The notes under the pieces are model-generated. The model was not told where the DNA came from. It saw nothing but the letters and a program-made list of their open reading frames with translations, and searched no databases. The translations under genes and the position numbers were made by a program. 64,000 bases of DNA from Elsinoe ampelina (lineage: Eukaryota), in assembly GCA_010093995.1 (NCBI GenBank), contig ML992504.1:372001-436000 (forward strand). Reading direction: 5' to 3'. Every line of letters begins with the position of its first letter. Position 1 is the first letter of the stretch. Below, piece after piece: positions 11,967 to 25,092 of this stretch.

Positions 11967-13170
11967 ATGTCGTGAGTGCTCGTAGCTTTTCCTCCTCCGC
12001 AATTCTATCCCCACAAAATACAGCCTCAGGATTACCTCAATGCATTAGCTTCATATAGTTCAAAAAGAGGAAGCTAACCCCAGCCTTCTACTCCACTTGA
12101 TAACAGCAATCGTGCACGAGTCCCAGCTACTGCCTGATGCAATGACCGCCTCCTCGAGCTTGATCTATGACAAAGTTATATCTTGCTGATCCTTTTCACT
12201 AGTGATACTCCTCAGCTCCCATCTAAACGATACAAAACCGAAGATGGGACCGCGTCACCGGCACCTCAACAAATGTCTCAAGCTCACTATAACATTCCAC
12301 AATACAACAATCCCTACACCACGAATTATGGCGCACACCAAGGTAGCTTTGCCTATCCACATCAAGGCTATGTCCCACAGCACATGCCCTTGGGCCCTCC
12401 GACACAATCGATACCTCAATATCAGGCAATGCCACATCCTTTGCAGTCGTACCAGCAATCGCCGATATCACCCAGCGGGTCGCGGAAACGAGGTGCAGGG
12501 GAGATGGATACACCGACGATAGGATCCAACGTGCCTCCGTCATTCGGCAATTATCCAATGTCATCACAGGGATTGATGCAACCTCCTCTCACGCAAGTTG
12601 GCCTAGGATCAGGCCTGGGAATCACAACACTGCCGAGTCAAGGCTTGGAAGGGGACCCGCACAGTGCCTCACAGGTACCGGAAACGCCAGCACCACCAGT
12701 GAAGAAGGGCCGGACGAACACTCCATGGACGCCAGCGGAGGAACAACGACTGAAGCAGATGAGAGAAGCGGGCAATAGCTGGAGCGAGATCGCAAAGACA
12801 TTCCCCAATCGTACCGAAGGAAGTGTCAAGAAGCACTGGTACAAGGTCAGCATTCCCGCAACCATTTCCGGTGGCAACGAGCCTGACATGGTTCGATAGG
12901 ACATGCATTATGCAGAGTTTGGGGAAGATGAGGGAAGTTTTGTCCGTCTCTCCTAGCAAACCCGGTAGTCGAGCTGTGCTGATATTGACAAGAAGCAAGC
13001 CCTTATAGCCGCCATCAAAGAATATGAACAGAACAAGTGGAAGTCGATAGGTCTCAAGGTCGGCAAACCAGCAAAGGTGCCGGATGATCGATACTGTTAA
13101 TTTGGTCCTACATACTGATCAGTGGCAGGCCTGCGAGCAGTTTGCGAGAGAACACCTGAACAAAACCTAA
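11967..13170 (+). CDS. Myb DNA-binding domain protein with two C-terminal Myb repeats (268 aa)
   Basis: WTPAEEQRLKQMREAGNSWSEIAKTFPNRTEGSVKKHWYK..IKEYEQNKWKSIG. Exons 11967-11971, 12203-12845, 12900-12932, 12993-13076 and 13129-13170; intron 3 donor is atypical. Confidence 0.85.
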
Positions 13171-15273
13171 CGCCCGTACATATGCCCTAACATAACCCAC
13201 CGCCATCCCGTCATAGACGGCCAGGAGTACTGGATTTGGAGGATACGATACCAGCTCTTCGCTGCGACAGCACAGCACGAGCAATATTTGAACATGTCCG
13301 CATACGAATTGAAGCTTCTCATTGCATGATTTGGAAGAGAAGATTAGCATTTGGAGGATTGTCGATTTTGCCGTTCGAGCGAGCGAGCTTTTATGAGCGA
13401 TTACCTGGGGGTTTTCAATAGAGCTTTGCTCGACCCAGCGCATGTCTTTGTAACGAAACCAATACCTTTTTCGAAACCACTACAATTCTTTGAGATCAAA
13501 CTGCCAAGGTGTAGATGGAACAAGGTTAATGAAGTGTGAGAGTATCTTTCCTGTTAGTGAACGGCGGCCACATGGCCTGATGAAGGACAAAGTCTCGTCT
13601 CCATTTCTCCCTCGAATCGGATCGTGGGGATACATCTGTCGCGAAGATCTGGCGAACATGGTTCCGTCTAGAAGGAGTGAGTTGCCAGTGGGTCCAGTGC
13701 TGGATGCTTACACAATCACGTATGGATGCATCAAGCGAGCTATAGCGAGCAGTCGTCAGCGGAAAAGGTGCAGACGAACTTCGTCATGCGGCTGCATCAT
13801 CACGACAAGCAACCTCCAGATCACGCCCGCACCAGATCACATCGCCAATTCAGGGTCATTAGAGCAGGGCTAATTGCGACACATCAGCGTTCGTGGCCCG
13901 AGGCACGACGGACGCCCGCCAGGCATGAAGTGCAGCAGATCCAAAGGGTGACAGTGTTGCGTGGAAAATAGCAGCGACGATGGCGCGGCCACTGCGCCGA
14001 GTAGGAGGTTTGCGACTGCGTCGACGAGGGAAAAGGACAGAGACACACGACGACTTGTTCCCAACAGGGCAGTGATTTGCCAAGGCGTGGCCAAGGTCTC
14101 CGCCGCGGCGGAGTTCTGCTTTGACTCTGCAACCCAAGGACTGGACGTTGTTTCTGGCCACGGTCCTGCGCGACGCCTTCATCTTGGTCACTTCTCGGTA
14201 GTCGTCCAAGAGCCGGTGTGAGTACATTGCTACTGGTTCAGCTGAGAGACATTTGTGGCGGTCTCTGATTTCGCAGTTATCCTGGCCGACTGCACCACCG
14301 GAGGACAGTCGGAGATGACTTGGATCTGTACTCACTCTCTGGATCATGGTGGGGTCGTCATATCCGGTCATTCTGTCGTCGATCAAGCTGTCAAGAGCCC
14401 ATCATTACGCATTATGCTCCTACCAGATGCAGAAGCAGTCTTTCGCTTCTCTCCGAGCCCGCACAAAAAAGGCTTGACAATGTCTATCACTTATTTTCGG
14501 TAACACCGCTCCCAAGGTCTCTAGTGGGACGCGTCCTGAGCCACATGGAACTCCCAAGACAAGCATTCTCCGCGCGTCTCTTGGTAGAGGACTGGCCCCG
14601 CCGATCCCTTGACCGCTGACATCAATTTCCACGATCCATGCTCATCCGCTCCGCTACCACAGGTCCGGTCTGTACCAAGAAAATCCATGTGCGGTGCCCC
14701 AGCCCAGAACCACAGATTGGATCTCGTCGCCGCGTTGATCTCCTACCTCTTGCACGACTAGCTGCAATGCGTTGGCTGACGAATCCCTGTCCGACTGGCC
14801 ATCGTCTCCTGACTATCACGTTTTGCCTGAGCTGTCACTATCGCCTATGCTAATTTCACGACCCTGAATGTGGCCACGCGCACTGCCATACTGACAGGAC
14901 GTCACGCCTCGCTGTGATGCTCCTTCGCCGGCGTCCCAGCTGAAGTTCTGTAGACGAATATCCGATCCTGCGCCGCCTCTTGGCCGCTGTGAGTGCGTAC
15001 ATGTTGATTACAGACATTCCGAGACAAGCTACCGGGCCATGCTAGTCTGACAGTTGGTTACACTTGCTTTCTGACTTTTCTTATACAAGCCGGTCCCATT
15101 GTACTGTTTCACTATCAAGAAGATTTCTTTTCCGCATCACATCAAGCATATTCCGGCAAGGCGCAGAGAGAACTCCAGACCATCTTCTTTACTACTGGCA
15201 CACCAACATTCGCTACCATCCATGCTCTGCTGATTACACTACTCGACGCCACCAGCTCAGCACTAACCTGCAG

Positions 15274-17339
15274 TCCGCTCGCTCCCCACCAAATCTACTC
15301 AAGCCACTCGACTACACCCATTTCCTCGGCTCAGCCCTACCACCGTCAAGCTGGAGTTTGACTCCCTTCCCTCCGAACCTCTCCGGTCCCCTTCTCCATA
15401 TAGTAGCTGCCCGGGCTCACCGCCCTGGCACGCTCTCTCGAGTCTAGACATTCTGGCTTGGCAAAACAACCAACAGTACAATTTCGACTTTTCCCTGCAG
15501 GATCAAGAGGAGGTCAGCGATCAATCATTGAGCGCCGAGCTGCAGCATGAGCTCGCCCGGGCTGCAGGTCTTCTGGGCGACCAGGACTCGCTGTTTGGGT
15601 CTTCGGGTTCTACACCTTTGAGACAGAATCGCACTCAGTCGTTACCGAGTCAGTCTGGGTCGGCCATGTCTGCACCACGATCACAAGTCGCGAGTCCGGC
15701 GTCGATGTATAGTCTGGACTTGCCTCAAAACCAGCATATTTCTTCTCGTCAGATGTCCATGAGCTCCGGCAGCTACGACAGTCCCAGCGACAGCATGCAG
15801 GCATCCATGCATTCAAAGTTTGATGACCAAAGCAATTTCCTCAACGAATTTCCTTCTCCACCTCTAGGTCCGCAGCAGACTGCGTCCCCCTCGGGTCTGG
15901 GCGTGCAATTCGACATGGCGCAACGCCGGCAACAAGCAGCTCAAGCTCAATCCGCGGCTTTCTCGTTCGGCTTCCAATTGCAATCTCAGCAGATGCAACG
16001 ACCACAGATGCTACAAGCCCAGCTCAACCAACTTCAACAGCAACAACTCGCCGCTCTCCATCAACAAGCTCAACAACAACAAGCTGCTCATGCCATCCAC
16101 CGAGCCCAACAACAATCCCAGCAGCAGCAAACCCACCACCACCGTCTCCCAGCCGCTTCCCCTGCCCGATTCACCACAACCCAAGATTCCCTAGCCCCCA
16201 GGATCCACCCCAATCCCACCACCGCCACCACCACCTCCTCCTCGTCGCCCCCCTCCACCATCCCCGCCAACCCAAATGTAGGAGCAACCACCGACCCAGA
16301 ACCAACCCACACCCGCCTGGTAGGACAACCCGGCATGCCCCCTCCCGCAGCCAAACCCAAGGGGCCCAAAATCAAATTCACCCCGGAGGACGACGCACTA
16401 CTGGTCGAGCTCAAGGAGACGAAGAACCTGACCTGGAAGCAGATTGCGGACTTTTTCCCGGGGAGGTCGAGCGGGACGTTGCAGGTCAGGTATTGTACGA
16501 AGTTGAAGGCCAAGGGGGTGGAGTGGAGTGGGGAGATGGTGAGTCTTTCTGTTTCTTTTTTTGTTTTCGGGGTTGACGGTTGGTGGTGGGAGGGGGGAAT
16601 CGGCGGGGCGATATGGAGGGATGTGGTGGAGTGGCGGGGCGGAGAGGGCTGAGAAGGGAGGAAAGCGAGAAGGTCGAGACTCGAGGGTGAGATGAGGTCA
16701 GGGTTGGGAAACCATGTCTTCCAGGCTGGCTGGCTGGCTGGCTCCACTCAACCCCTGTCCTCGAGCCGCTTCTCCCTCCTCCCTGCTCGCCCTCTGATCC
16801 CCTCGGCTCACCCATCTCCTCCATCCGCACTCCCCCATCCACCCGTCTCCCTGTTCCTTCATCCGACCTCTTCCCCTTCAACCACGCCCTCTCCACCTCA
16901 CACCCCTCCCCTCCTTCCCATCCTCATTCCGCACCACCCTCTGCTTCCAATCCCCCGGGATCCCCCTCATCCCTTTCGCCTTCTCCCCCCCATCTCTTCG
17001 TCAACTTGTCCCCTTTCGGCTGATTATTGGTAACAGGTAGACAAACTCAAATCCGCCCTCCGCGACTACGAAGCAGACAGATGGCGCGTCATCTCCAACC
17101 GCGTCGGCTCCGGCGTGTCCGCCGCGGCGTGTAAGGAAAAGGTGGCGGAGCTGGAGGAGTTGGAGAGGTTGGAGGCTGCTGAGGCGGGGGAGGGGGCCGA
17201 GGGGGAGAGCGGGGATGAGGCGGGGATGGAGGGGATGGAGATGGTGGATGAGAGAGGGTTCGGTGTTCGAGTAGATGGGGGTTATGGGGAAGGGGAGGAC
17301 GTGAGGGGGATGGGAGGGATGGATGTGATGCCTGGTTGA
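15274..17339 (+). CDS. Gln-rich Myb/SANT domain protein; start uncertain (first in-frame ATG 15666)
   Basis: KFTPEDDALLVELKETKNLTWKQIADFFPGRSSGTLQVRYCTKLK, then a 498-nt intron 16539-17036, then VDKLKSALRDYEADRWRVISNRVG to TGA at 17339. Confidence 0.8.
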
Positions 17340-19111
17340 GGAGTAGTTGCTCTTTCGGCGTGTTCGAAGCCGTCGCTGCCGGGAGGTGGGACAGCGGCAA
17401 CCCCGGCCTTGGGTTACAGTGTATTAGGAGAGGGAAACACTTACTTGGCTGGACTTACTTGCATGGCATGCCGTACTCGGAGATGCGGACCACGTTACCT
17501 ACAGCCCAGGAAGCTCGAATATATGCTCCACGCTTTCGAAAAGCCACTAGGTCAAGCAGGACACCAACACTTTCAACAAGCCTCCGACACGCCGACGCAA
17601 CGATCCTCGGGGGTAGGAGCTGCCCCGGCCGTGCATAGGCTGCCCAGACCCGGCGTCTGAGGACACTCAGCCACGATGCAAGCAGCCTTGCTACCACAGA
17701 GACATCGAAGAAGAGATCCGGAAACGATGGGAAGGGGAGAGGAGAGCCGGCGCATGTCGAAAGGATGACCTGTCCTGATTACTGCGCGAGGTAGGCCGAA
17801 GTCGCGGAGAGAAAGCGGCTTTGTAGCTCGCGAGAGAATATGAAATCCGATGTAGCTCTCCGCAGCACTCAATGTGTCCTCGGCATATCCAGAGTCTGCA
17901 TGAACACCACAACACACCTGGTATAGCAAACCACCAATCCATGTGTCGTACATAGCCGTGCGTTGGATAGGGAATTTGGTCTCGAGACGAGTGTGCGGTG
18001 AAGCTACGCAGGGCTTGTACTTGCGCATACATTGAGTTGAGCTCACCGACAGGCGCTCTCGTGCTGGGGCTTGCATGGCCGTGCAGGCCAGATTGGTCCG
18101 GGGAGGCCATGCCGAGGAGAGTTGATTGGCCAGGGAAGTCAGTCCTAGTTCGGTCATGAATCATCCTGGCGTCCTGCAATGTTTCCCATGGTGGTCGTGC
18201 CGCCCGCCCGTATCACGCATGATGGGCCTTTCAACCTAGGGGACATCGCCACTTTGGTGTCGAGTGATGTTCGTGTTAACTAGGTCTCAGTACCGACTGA
18301 GTGATTGTCAGTCTGATGGTGTACCAGGGGTAGAGTGAGACCTGGTGATTGTGGTTCTGAACGCCTTGATCGCCGTGGGGGCTCTTGGTAGGGTATTTGT
18401 TGATTCTATAGGTGGCCGTAGGTGTTGGTGAAGGCCGAGTGACCCTACGCAAGGGTGATAGGTCCTGGCTGGAAGTGGTCGATGCCGCTGCCGGCGATGA
18501 TGCTTCGTCATAGCCGGCAATGACCGGGCGATTGTGCTGGGTACTGTATCGAAGGATCATGGTGGATTGGGACGTGCCGGAGTAGAGTCGAGAGGGATCT
18601 GGTAAGAGCCAGCCAGGATGTATAAAGTTGGGCGAGTCGGCCTGTAATAAATATGTTAAGATTGAAGGAGGAAGGTAAGTCGGTTCGAGGGACGAACGCT
18701 CAATATATAGTAGATGGCGAGATCTGTCTACCCCTTGGAAAAAGCAAGCGGTACGAACCTTGTGTAAGGCTCAACCATGACACGTAATGCCATGTGTACA
18801 GGGGAATCTGTCACCTCTTTGGTACAAGATATGAGGTAGCAAAGTCAACTCAACATTGACCTTCAATACATATCAAGGAAGACTCTTCGCGGCTTCCATT
18901 CTTTATCAAGGTCCGGTTCAGGTCGCAGCCAGATAGCCGGAAGGTGGCCACCGCAAGCAAGCATACCAATTAGGTGAAAATTATGCCAGCCATTGAGTCA
19001 ACATCGTGTGTTGAATGCAGGTACAAGCTCAGAGTCTTGTGGCTGACATGGTATCTCGCATATGCTGCCGAGTGTACTTGTTGTCGTTAGGCACATGGCG
19101 AGTACCGAGAT

Positions 19112-20770
19112 TTACCGTGAAGGCATTAAGCACCACGTGTACTGACTGTTATGATCAATAACGTGACTGAGAGAACCTTCCCATGAACTTGTTCGGCAAG
19201 CTGGTGAATGCCGAATGTCGGAACGACATGTGGATGCCATGTCAAGCTGTAATGTCGTGATTTCACGTGGTTCATTATTCGGGCCGAATGGTGCGAAGCC
19301 TTGGAGGATCATTCGATGAGCCACGTGGATACCAGGCTTGTCATGAAGACTGGTTAGGCTTTGTAAATAGCTGTGAATCGTCCGGCATCAATACATGCAC
19401 TCTGCGAAGATGTCACTACCTCTGCAAGGACTTCTATGCTACTCACATAAGAGATGTCCCCAAGGATGTCGCCAGTGCTGTGGCAGCTGATCCGGCGCCA
19501 CTGGCCGGCCTGAAATTCCAGCGCGTCCTGAGGCGGCTGCACGATCTTGGGCCGGGAAGGTACAGGGGCAGGATGTTGGGGCTTGGATCATGCCTTTTCG
19601 TGTGCATAACAGCTCATAGGAGCTGTTGCGGTTTCCTGATCAGTCATCCATCACTCCTGTATGAGCTTATAACTTGGAGTTTGTCTACCTAGCTAGCAAG
19701 AAGAAGCTTCAAACCCATATCACTGGTCCCTTTGAAGGATTGGGATGACTGGCAGCGTAACCCAGAGCACCACGTACCTATGTACCTGTGTGTTGATTCG
19801 CTCAAGATCATTCTCTTTTGGATTATGCTTCTTGACCAGTCCTTCACCACTGCCAATCCTGAATTGAGCTCAATGGGTACGTCCACATTGAGATTGTCCT
19901 GTGCAGCTTCTTTCTCGGAATAGGAAGCCTAGTCGCCACCATGGGCCTGATCTAGCTTGAGTCATCACTGTTCTTGCACCGCAGCTCGTACTAGATATCG
20001 CTTACATGCACAATCGACCTTACTCACCAATCAGTCATCCTGTAGAGCCACTCCTTTCGCAGAACTAGTCCTTCATTATGTCGAGTTCTGCAATTTTCCT
20101 CTTATGTACCCCAGCACTCTCTCCAGCTTCGAATCGCGTGGTTGGTGCAGATCCGCTCACATTTGCGGACTCAGTTTTTTGTACAGTTCCTAAATTTCTG
20201 GAATGGTCTGTATCTATGTTCGCTGCGCCACAGCCGCTGCAAGGCTACCACTAACAGTGACCATGCTCGATTGATTGCGATAGCTTGGAAAATGTCTCTA
20301 TCGCTGAATCGGCCAGTAAGCTCCGGGATCGTGCTCGATACACCTCTCGATTGACTCGGTCTGGCAGTCGAGCTCAGGAAGAGCTGCCGACTCGGTACCG
20401 CTTCTGTGTATCTGCAAACTTGGCGTCTACAAGTTTTGAGCGTAGGTGACGCAGAAGAGAGTCGATTCAAACATATCATGTGGGTGTCAGCAAGAAGCAT
20501 GGGGTGTAGTCTACCTCGGTAAAGCCTCGGCTACCGATCATGTGATCACATAAGTAGCCGCGTTCAGTGACTGACATGCGGATGTCCGAGCAATGCCCTC
20601 ACAGATCGGGTACGGCTGTTGTCATGGCGCCAACGAATGTTGACAGCCACCAAGCTTCCGAAGTCGCTGGCCTTCTGATCTTGTCCAACCATCGATTGTA
20701 TCAGAAGTAAAATTAAGCTATCAAGTACATGATCCTGGGTACTCCTGGTAAAGCGCGAGTTGAAATCCAA
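19112..20770 (-). pseudogene. Possible decayed F-box-like gene (fragmented reading frames)
   Basis: LDSLILLLIQSMVG..DFGSLVAVNIRWR loosely resembles an F-box, followed by short same-strand ORF pieces broken by stops. Confidence 0.2.
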
Positions 20771-22828
20771 GACATGGATCTAGTACGGTCTTATGAAATC
20801 GCAGAATAATAAGAAAAGATCAGTACAAGATACCTGCTCCAATTTTCATGCTGAATTCTCTTGACAGCATACGGGCTGCAGGGTGTCGACTGAAGATGTT
20901 GACGGCAGGCATTCCGGTGTCGGGCCTACGGAGCATCCAGTGAACGCCGCACAATGACCAATTGAGACGAGCGGAGTGGCGTGAAAAGTTGAACAAGCCA
21001 GACAAGAGAGATGGATGGGAAAGTCTCCAGGGCTCAGATGACCAAGCCAGGCAGCCAATCACGATCGAGTGGGTCCAGCCGAAGCAACTTCAAGGCTCCA
21101 GGGACAAGTATTCCCATTTGAGATATGCACTCACCATCTTTTCTTCTGTAAAGCGACTGAGACTTTGCTTTGTACAAGTGGCTCAAAGTTCGGAACCTTG
21201 GGATGACTCCACATTGGAACTTACAGTGTTCAAATGCACTCACAGGGAAGTGGAGACTACGCTCTTGCAAAGGTTGGCTCCACAATGCCGGCCCACTGTC
21301 AAGCGCAGAAGATGCTGAGCATGTATTGAACTCTCGCCTTCCAACTGTGAGCAATGTCGTGATGATGAATGTGAGGACTGTCGGGCTGAGGGAGGCCGGT
21401 GATAGTCCGGGCACACCACTTTCCAGGCATGATAGAATCGACGTACTGGAGCTGTCATGGCCTCATAGTACCAATATGATGGCAAAGGAATATTGACACG
21501 GCATAAAGAACAACGTTACTGATTCACCGAACCTCTGGAATGGGGTGCAGCAGAGTCACGTGATAGGCGCTGATGGTGGCGAATCTCTGCTATACAGTCT
21601 CGCATGTAGGCATGAAAATTTCTAATGGCTCAGCCTTTTGAGACAGGGTGACTGTGCTACGGCCAACGAGAAGAGAGTTTCATTGCCTTGGACTGCACCT
21701 TATTTCTTCCTCAAGCCAATCCTATATCTCCCCTTGATCAAAGAAGAGCATTCCTCAGGCACTCACGTGGGAAAATTCGCGCGTCTGACCTACCAGGTCC
21801 CACTATTACCACCCGGTAACCAAGGAAATACCGCCTACCTCCCTAATCTTATCAGTGATTCGCCAAAAGTTAGCTGTTTGGCAATAAAGCTCAATCCTAG
21901 CCTCGAGTTTATACCGACGAGCTGTTCGCGAAGGGCCATTTCTCTGTGTTGCTCTAGACCCCTTGACAATGACAGTAGCCTTCCTCGCGAGGGAACCATG
22001 AGTTTCGGATACGTTTCGTTTTTGCATAAACCACGAGTACCTTCGGCTGGGGGGATATCTCGGAAGTCGATCAGCCAGTATGGTCTAGTACTGTCAATCG
22101 CGGTACGGGATGGGATTGAGCATGGCAAACATGGCATGTGATGCCTCCTTTTCAGTCAAAAATGATCGAATTGGTCGTCACCGCCACAATTGAGGCAGTC
22201 TCCGCACCTGTTTCCAGTGGTAGATTGGAATTGACTCAGAGTCGCATGCAAGCGAAAAGTATAGAATAACCCGACCTATGACGATCATTCATTGACCAGC
22301 AGCTGGCACCGTCGTACGAAGACACCGTCCAAGTGCGCGCGATAGTCGGACACGGCATAATCCGTCTCATAGTCGTCGGATTCGACCACATCACCGCTAG
22401 GAAGCTAGCGTGATGTCCCGTGTCCTCGAATGGAGGCATATCCTATATCTCATGTGAGACTAGACCCACATCAGGGACCGCGCATGGCCATGTTCGTTGC
22501 TCCTGCAGATCGATTGTCCAGAGAGGACAATCGAAATTGTGTGCGTGCATCGAATGTAGTTTGCAAACTACACCTCGGGAGGGTCCACGGTATTGGAAAC
22601 TCTCTCTGCAAGAACGTTAGCGTTTACATCCCTGGTCCGCCTTGTAACAAGTCACGCGAATGCGGATTAACGTAGAATACAGTGTTCACAGTGCAGCTAA
22701 AAGGAAAGTGCGGTGAGACATCCGATCTAAACTCACGTATTCGTGCCTCCCTTCCGTACCCCTCAAAAGCACCGGATTCCCCTTCATTCACCAAACGTCC
22801 ATCAAACACAAGTTTAGTCGTCACAAGC

Positions 22829-24042
22829 ATGCCAAGACGCAAGAATACCCCTGTGTGTCCCGCCGGACAGGCCACTAGACAGGTCAACGAACAGCCCGCC
22901 AGACAGCCCAACCCACAGGTCACCGAGCAGGTTGCCGGGCAGGTCACCGGGCAGACCGCCGCGAACCCTCCTCCTGCTTCGAATGCTCTCAAGGCTAAAA
23001 GCAAAAGGAAAACACCACCCCGCCGCGGCCACGCTCGTTTCGTCGGTCAGAAGATCGAAAACGACGAGAGGCATGCAGGCACGAAGTGGACTCCCGCAGA
23101 TATCCAAGGCTTGTTGGATGGACGAAGGGAGGGCATTACTCACGAACAGATTGCCGCTCGCCTTGGTCGGACTGCACTTGCCTGTCGTTTGCACTTGCAC
23201 CAGGTCAGAGCCAGACAGAAGAGGGGCATGACCGACGCCGAAATAGTCAATGATCCAGAAATGTACAGGCGAAACGGCCCCAGAGCTCCCGCACACAGGC
23301 CCTCGAGCGACTCCAGGCGTCATCGCAACAGGGCTGCCGCAACCAGGACGACCCAGGCTGGACAGAGCGGTAGGCGGGCTGCAACTCGGAGAACAGCCCG
23401 AATCACGTCTGGACAGTCCGACAACAGCGCCACCCAAACGAGCTCTTCTTCGATCGTGAGCTCTGATTCCACAATCCCAATGGACAGAAGAAGCTCCACG
23501 GGCTCGACCAACTCGAGCTTGAGTATGCTTTGCGAGGCTGCTATGTACCACGAGCGACAGAAGTACACTGCCCGCGAGAGTCGTGTGGAAACGTCCGGGC
23601 TTGGGTCCGGTGCTCGTAATCACATAAACAGCTTCAGGGCTGTGGAGTATGCCAAGCCAGCTCCATATACTATCCGGTCCTTCAACATTCCAGTGTATGA
23701 GCCGATCCAGCGCCAGGTCACCACCCTCGAAGCACAGCGATCCTTGCCAACTTTCAACGCGACCGAGTCCCAGCAGTGGATCACCAGCCCAGAGCGCCGT
23801 GAGGCCGCACTAGCTCTGACCTCGCTGCGCCGCCACACAGCTCCTGAGATTGGTGGACCAAGGATTGGTAGCCTCGCTGCTCTTGCAGATCCAGAGGAAG
23901 CACGCCGCAAGTAAGTCCCTCGCCTCATCGAAGCGTCTGAACTGTCGAGCTAACAGAAACCAGTCTGTCCTGGATGTTTAGCAGGATGTATCTCCGTGAG
24001 GAGGACGGCGATGCTAGCTATCCCCGTCGTGACACCTGTTAG
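22829..24042 (+). CDS. Single Myb/SANT-like domain protein
   Basis: KWTPADIQGLLDGRREGITHEQIAARLGRTALACRLHL; GTAAGT..GCTAAC..CAG intron 23911-23963; 12-nt repeats near 22916-22963 encode QVTE/QVAG/QVTG. Confidence 0.7.
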
Positions 24043-25092
24043 GTGTCCCTTGATCCAGCATGATCATAGCGCCTGCAGCGCAAGCAGCGACAGCGTCAGC
24101 AACATCAGCGCTTCGTTTGACATTCGTTTTGGACTTTGCTCCACCTGTTTCCCCTCTCCTTGGACATGGATTACGAGCTCATGATTATCACGAGTAAATA
24201 ACAATCCCGATACAGAATCGCCCTGGTCTATCAGTCGATGGCGGACGAAAGGACAGGTTGTGCTCACCAGCACAACATCGTCTTTTTGGATCCTGTAGCT
24301 GCCATCCTCTCTTTAGTTTCCATCGCGATTGGGAGGACACCGTCATGCCCAATCTTAGAAGCCAACACTGGTCAAGATGACAGCCTGGAAAATACGAGGC
24401 GGATTGTGCTGATTTTTCCTTGACTTCGACTTCCGCAATTTGTTGTAGCTTTAACAAGAGACCAAGAACAATACATACCGGTGTCCGAAAGATGAGTGCT
24501 TCCCATTGATGATGATGAAGAAGTTGATGATGTTGATGATGTGTCGTCGCCGATGCTTGACCGAGACAAGACGCCAAGCGCCGAATTCTGCCGCCACATC
24601 CGAGAGCCGCATCGAGCCCCTGACGTCTTCCACTCCGATGACATTTCGCCGCTGACAGCTTAGCTATCATTCTTACCCCGCCCAGCCTGTCTATCAAGAT
24701 AACATGCAGATTGCGGGCACAGTCACCGCACGATCGTCGAGTCCATCGTCTCATGAGAAAGACGCCTCCATGTCCCGCGCTCCCACCTCGTGGCAGCCAT
24801 CTACTCCAAGCTCCACTGCCGATCGACAAGACCAAGTGATAAGCATGCCGTCTTGTCCCAATCCATCCAGGTCCGACAATTGGGGTCTCGACTCCCTATC
24901 TACCTAGCTACCTTTTGCGGCTACTCTCGTCTGATAATCGTTCTGCTCGAATGATGATATGTGCCATGTTGTCATGGGGCGTCGGTGACGTTGGATGCAT
25001 ATGTAAGTACTCGATCTCCCGTGCTGTTAATCTGGTCGTGCTGTGTTTCCAAATTCTTCTTCCCCTCGGTGTTAAGTCGTCTGTGCTTCAAT

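Noticed and set aside
17573..18560. Minus-strand ORFs with an upstream TATA-like element
   Set aside because: No convincing splice model or domain could be built.
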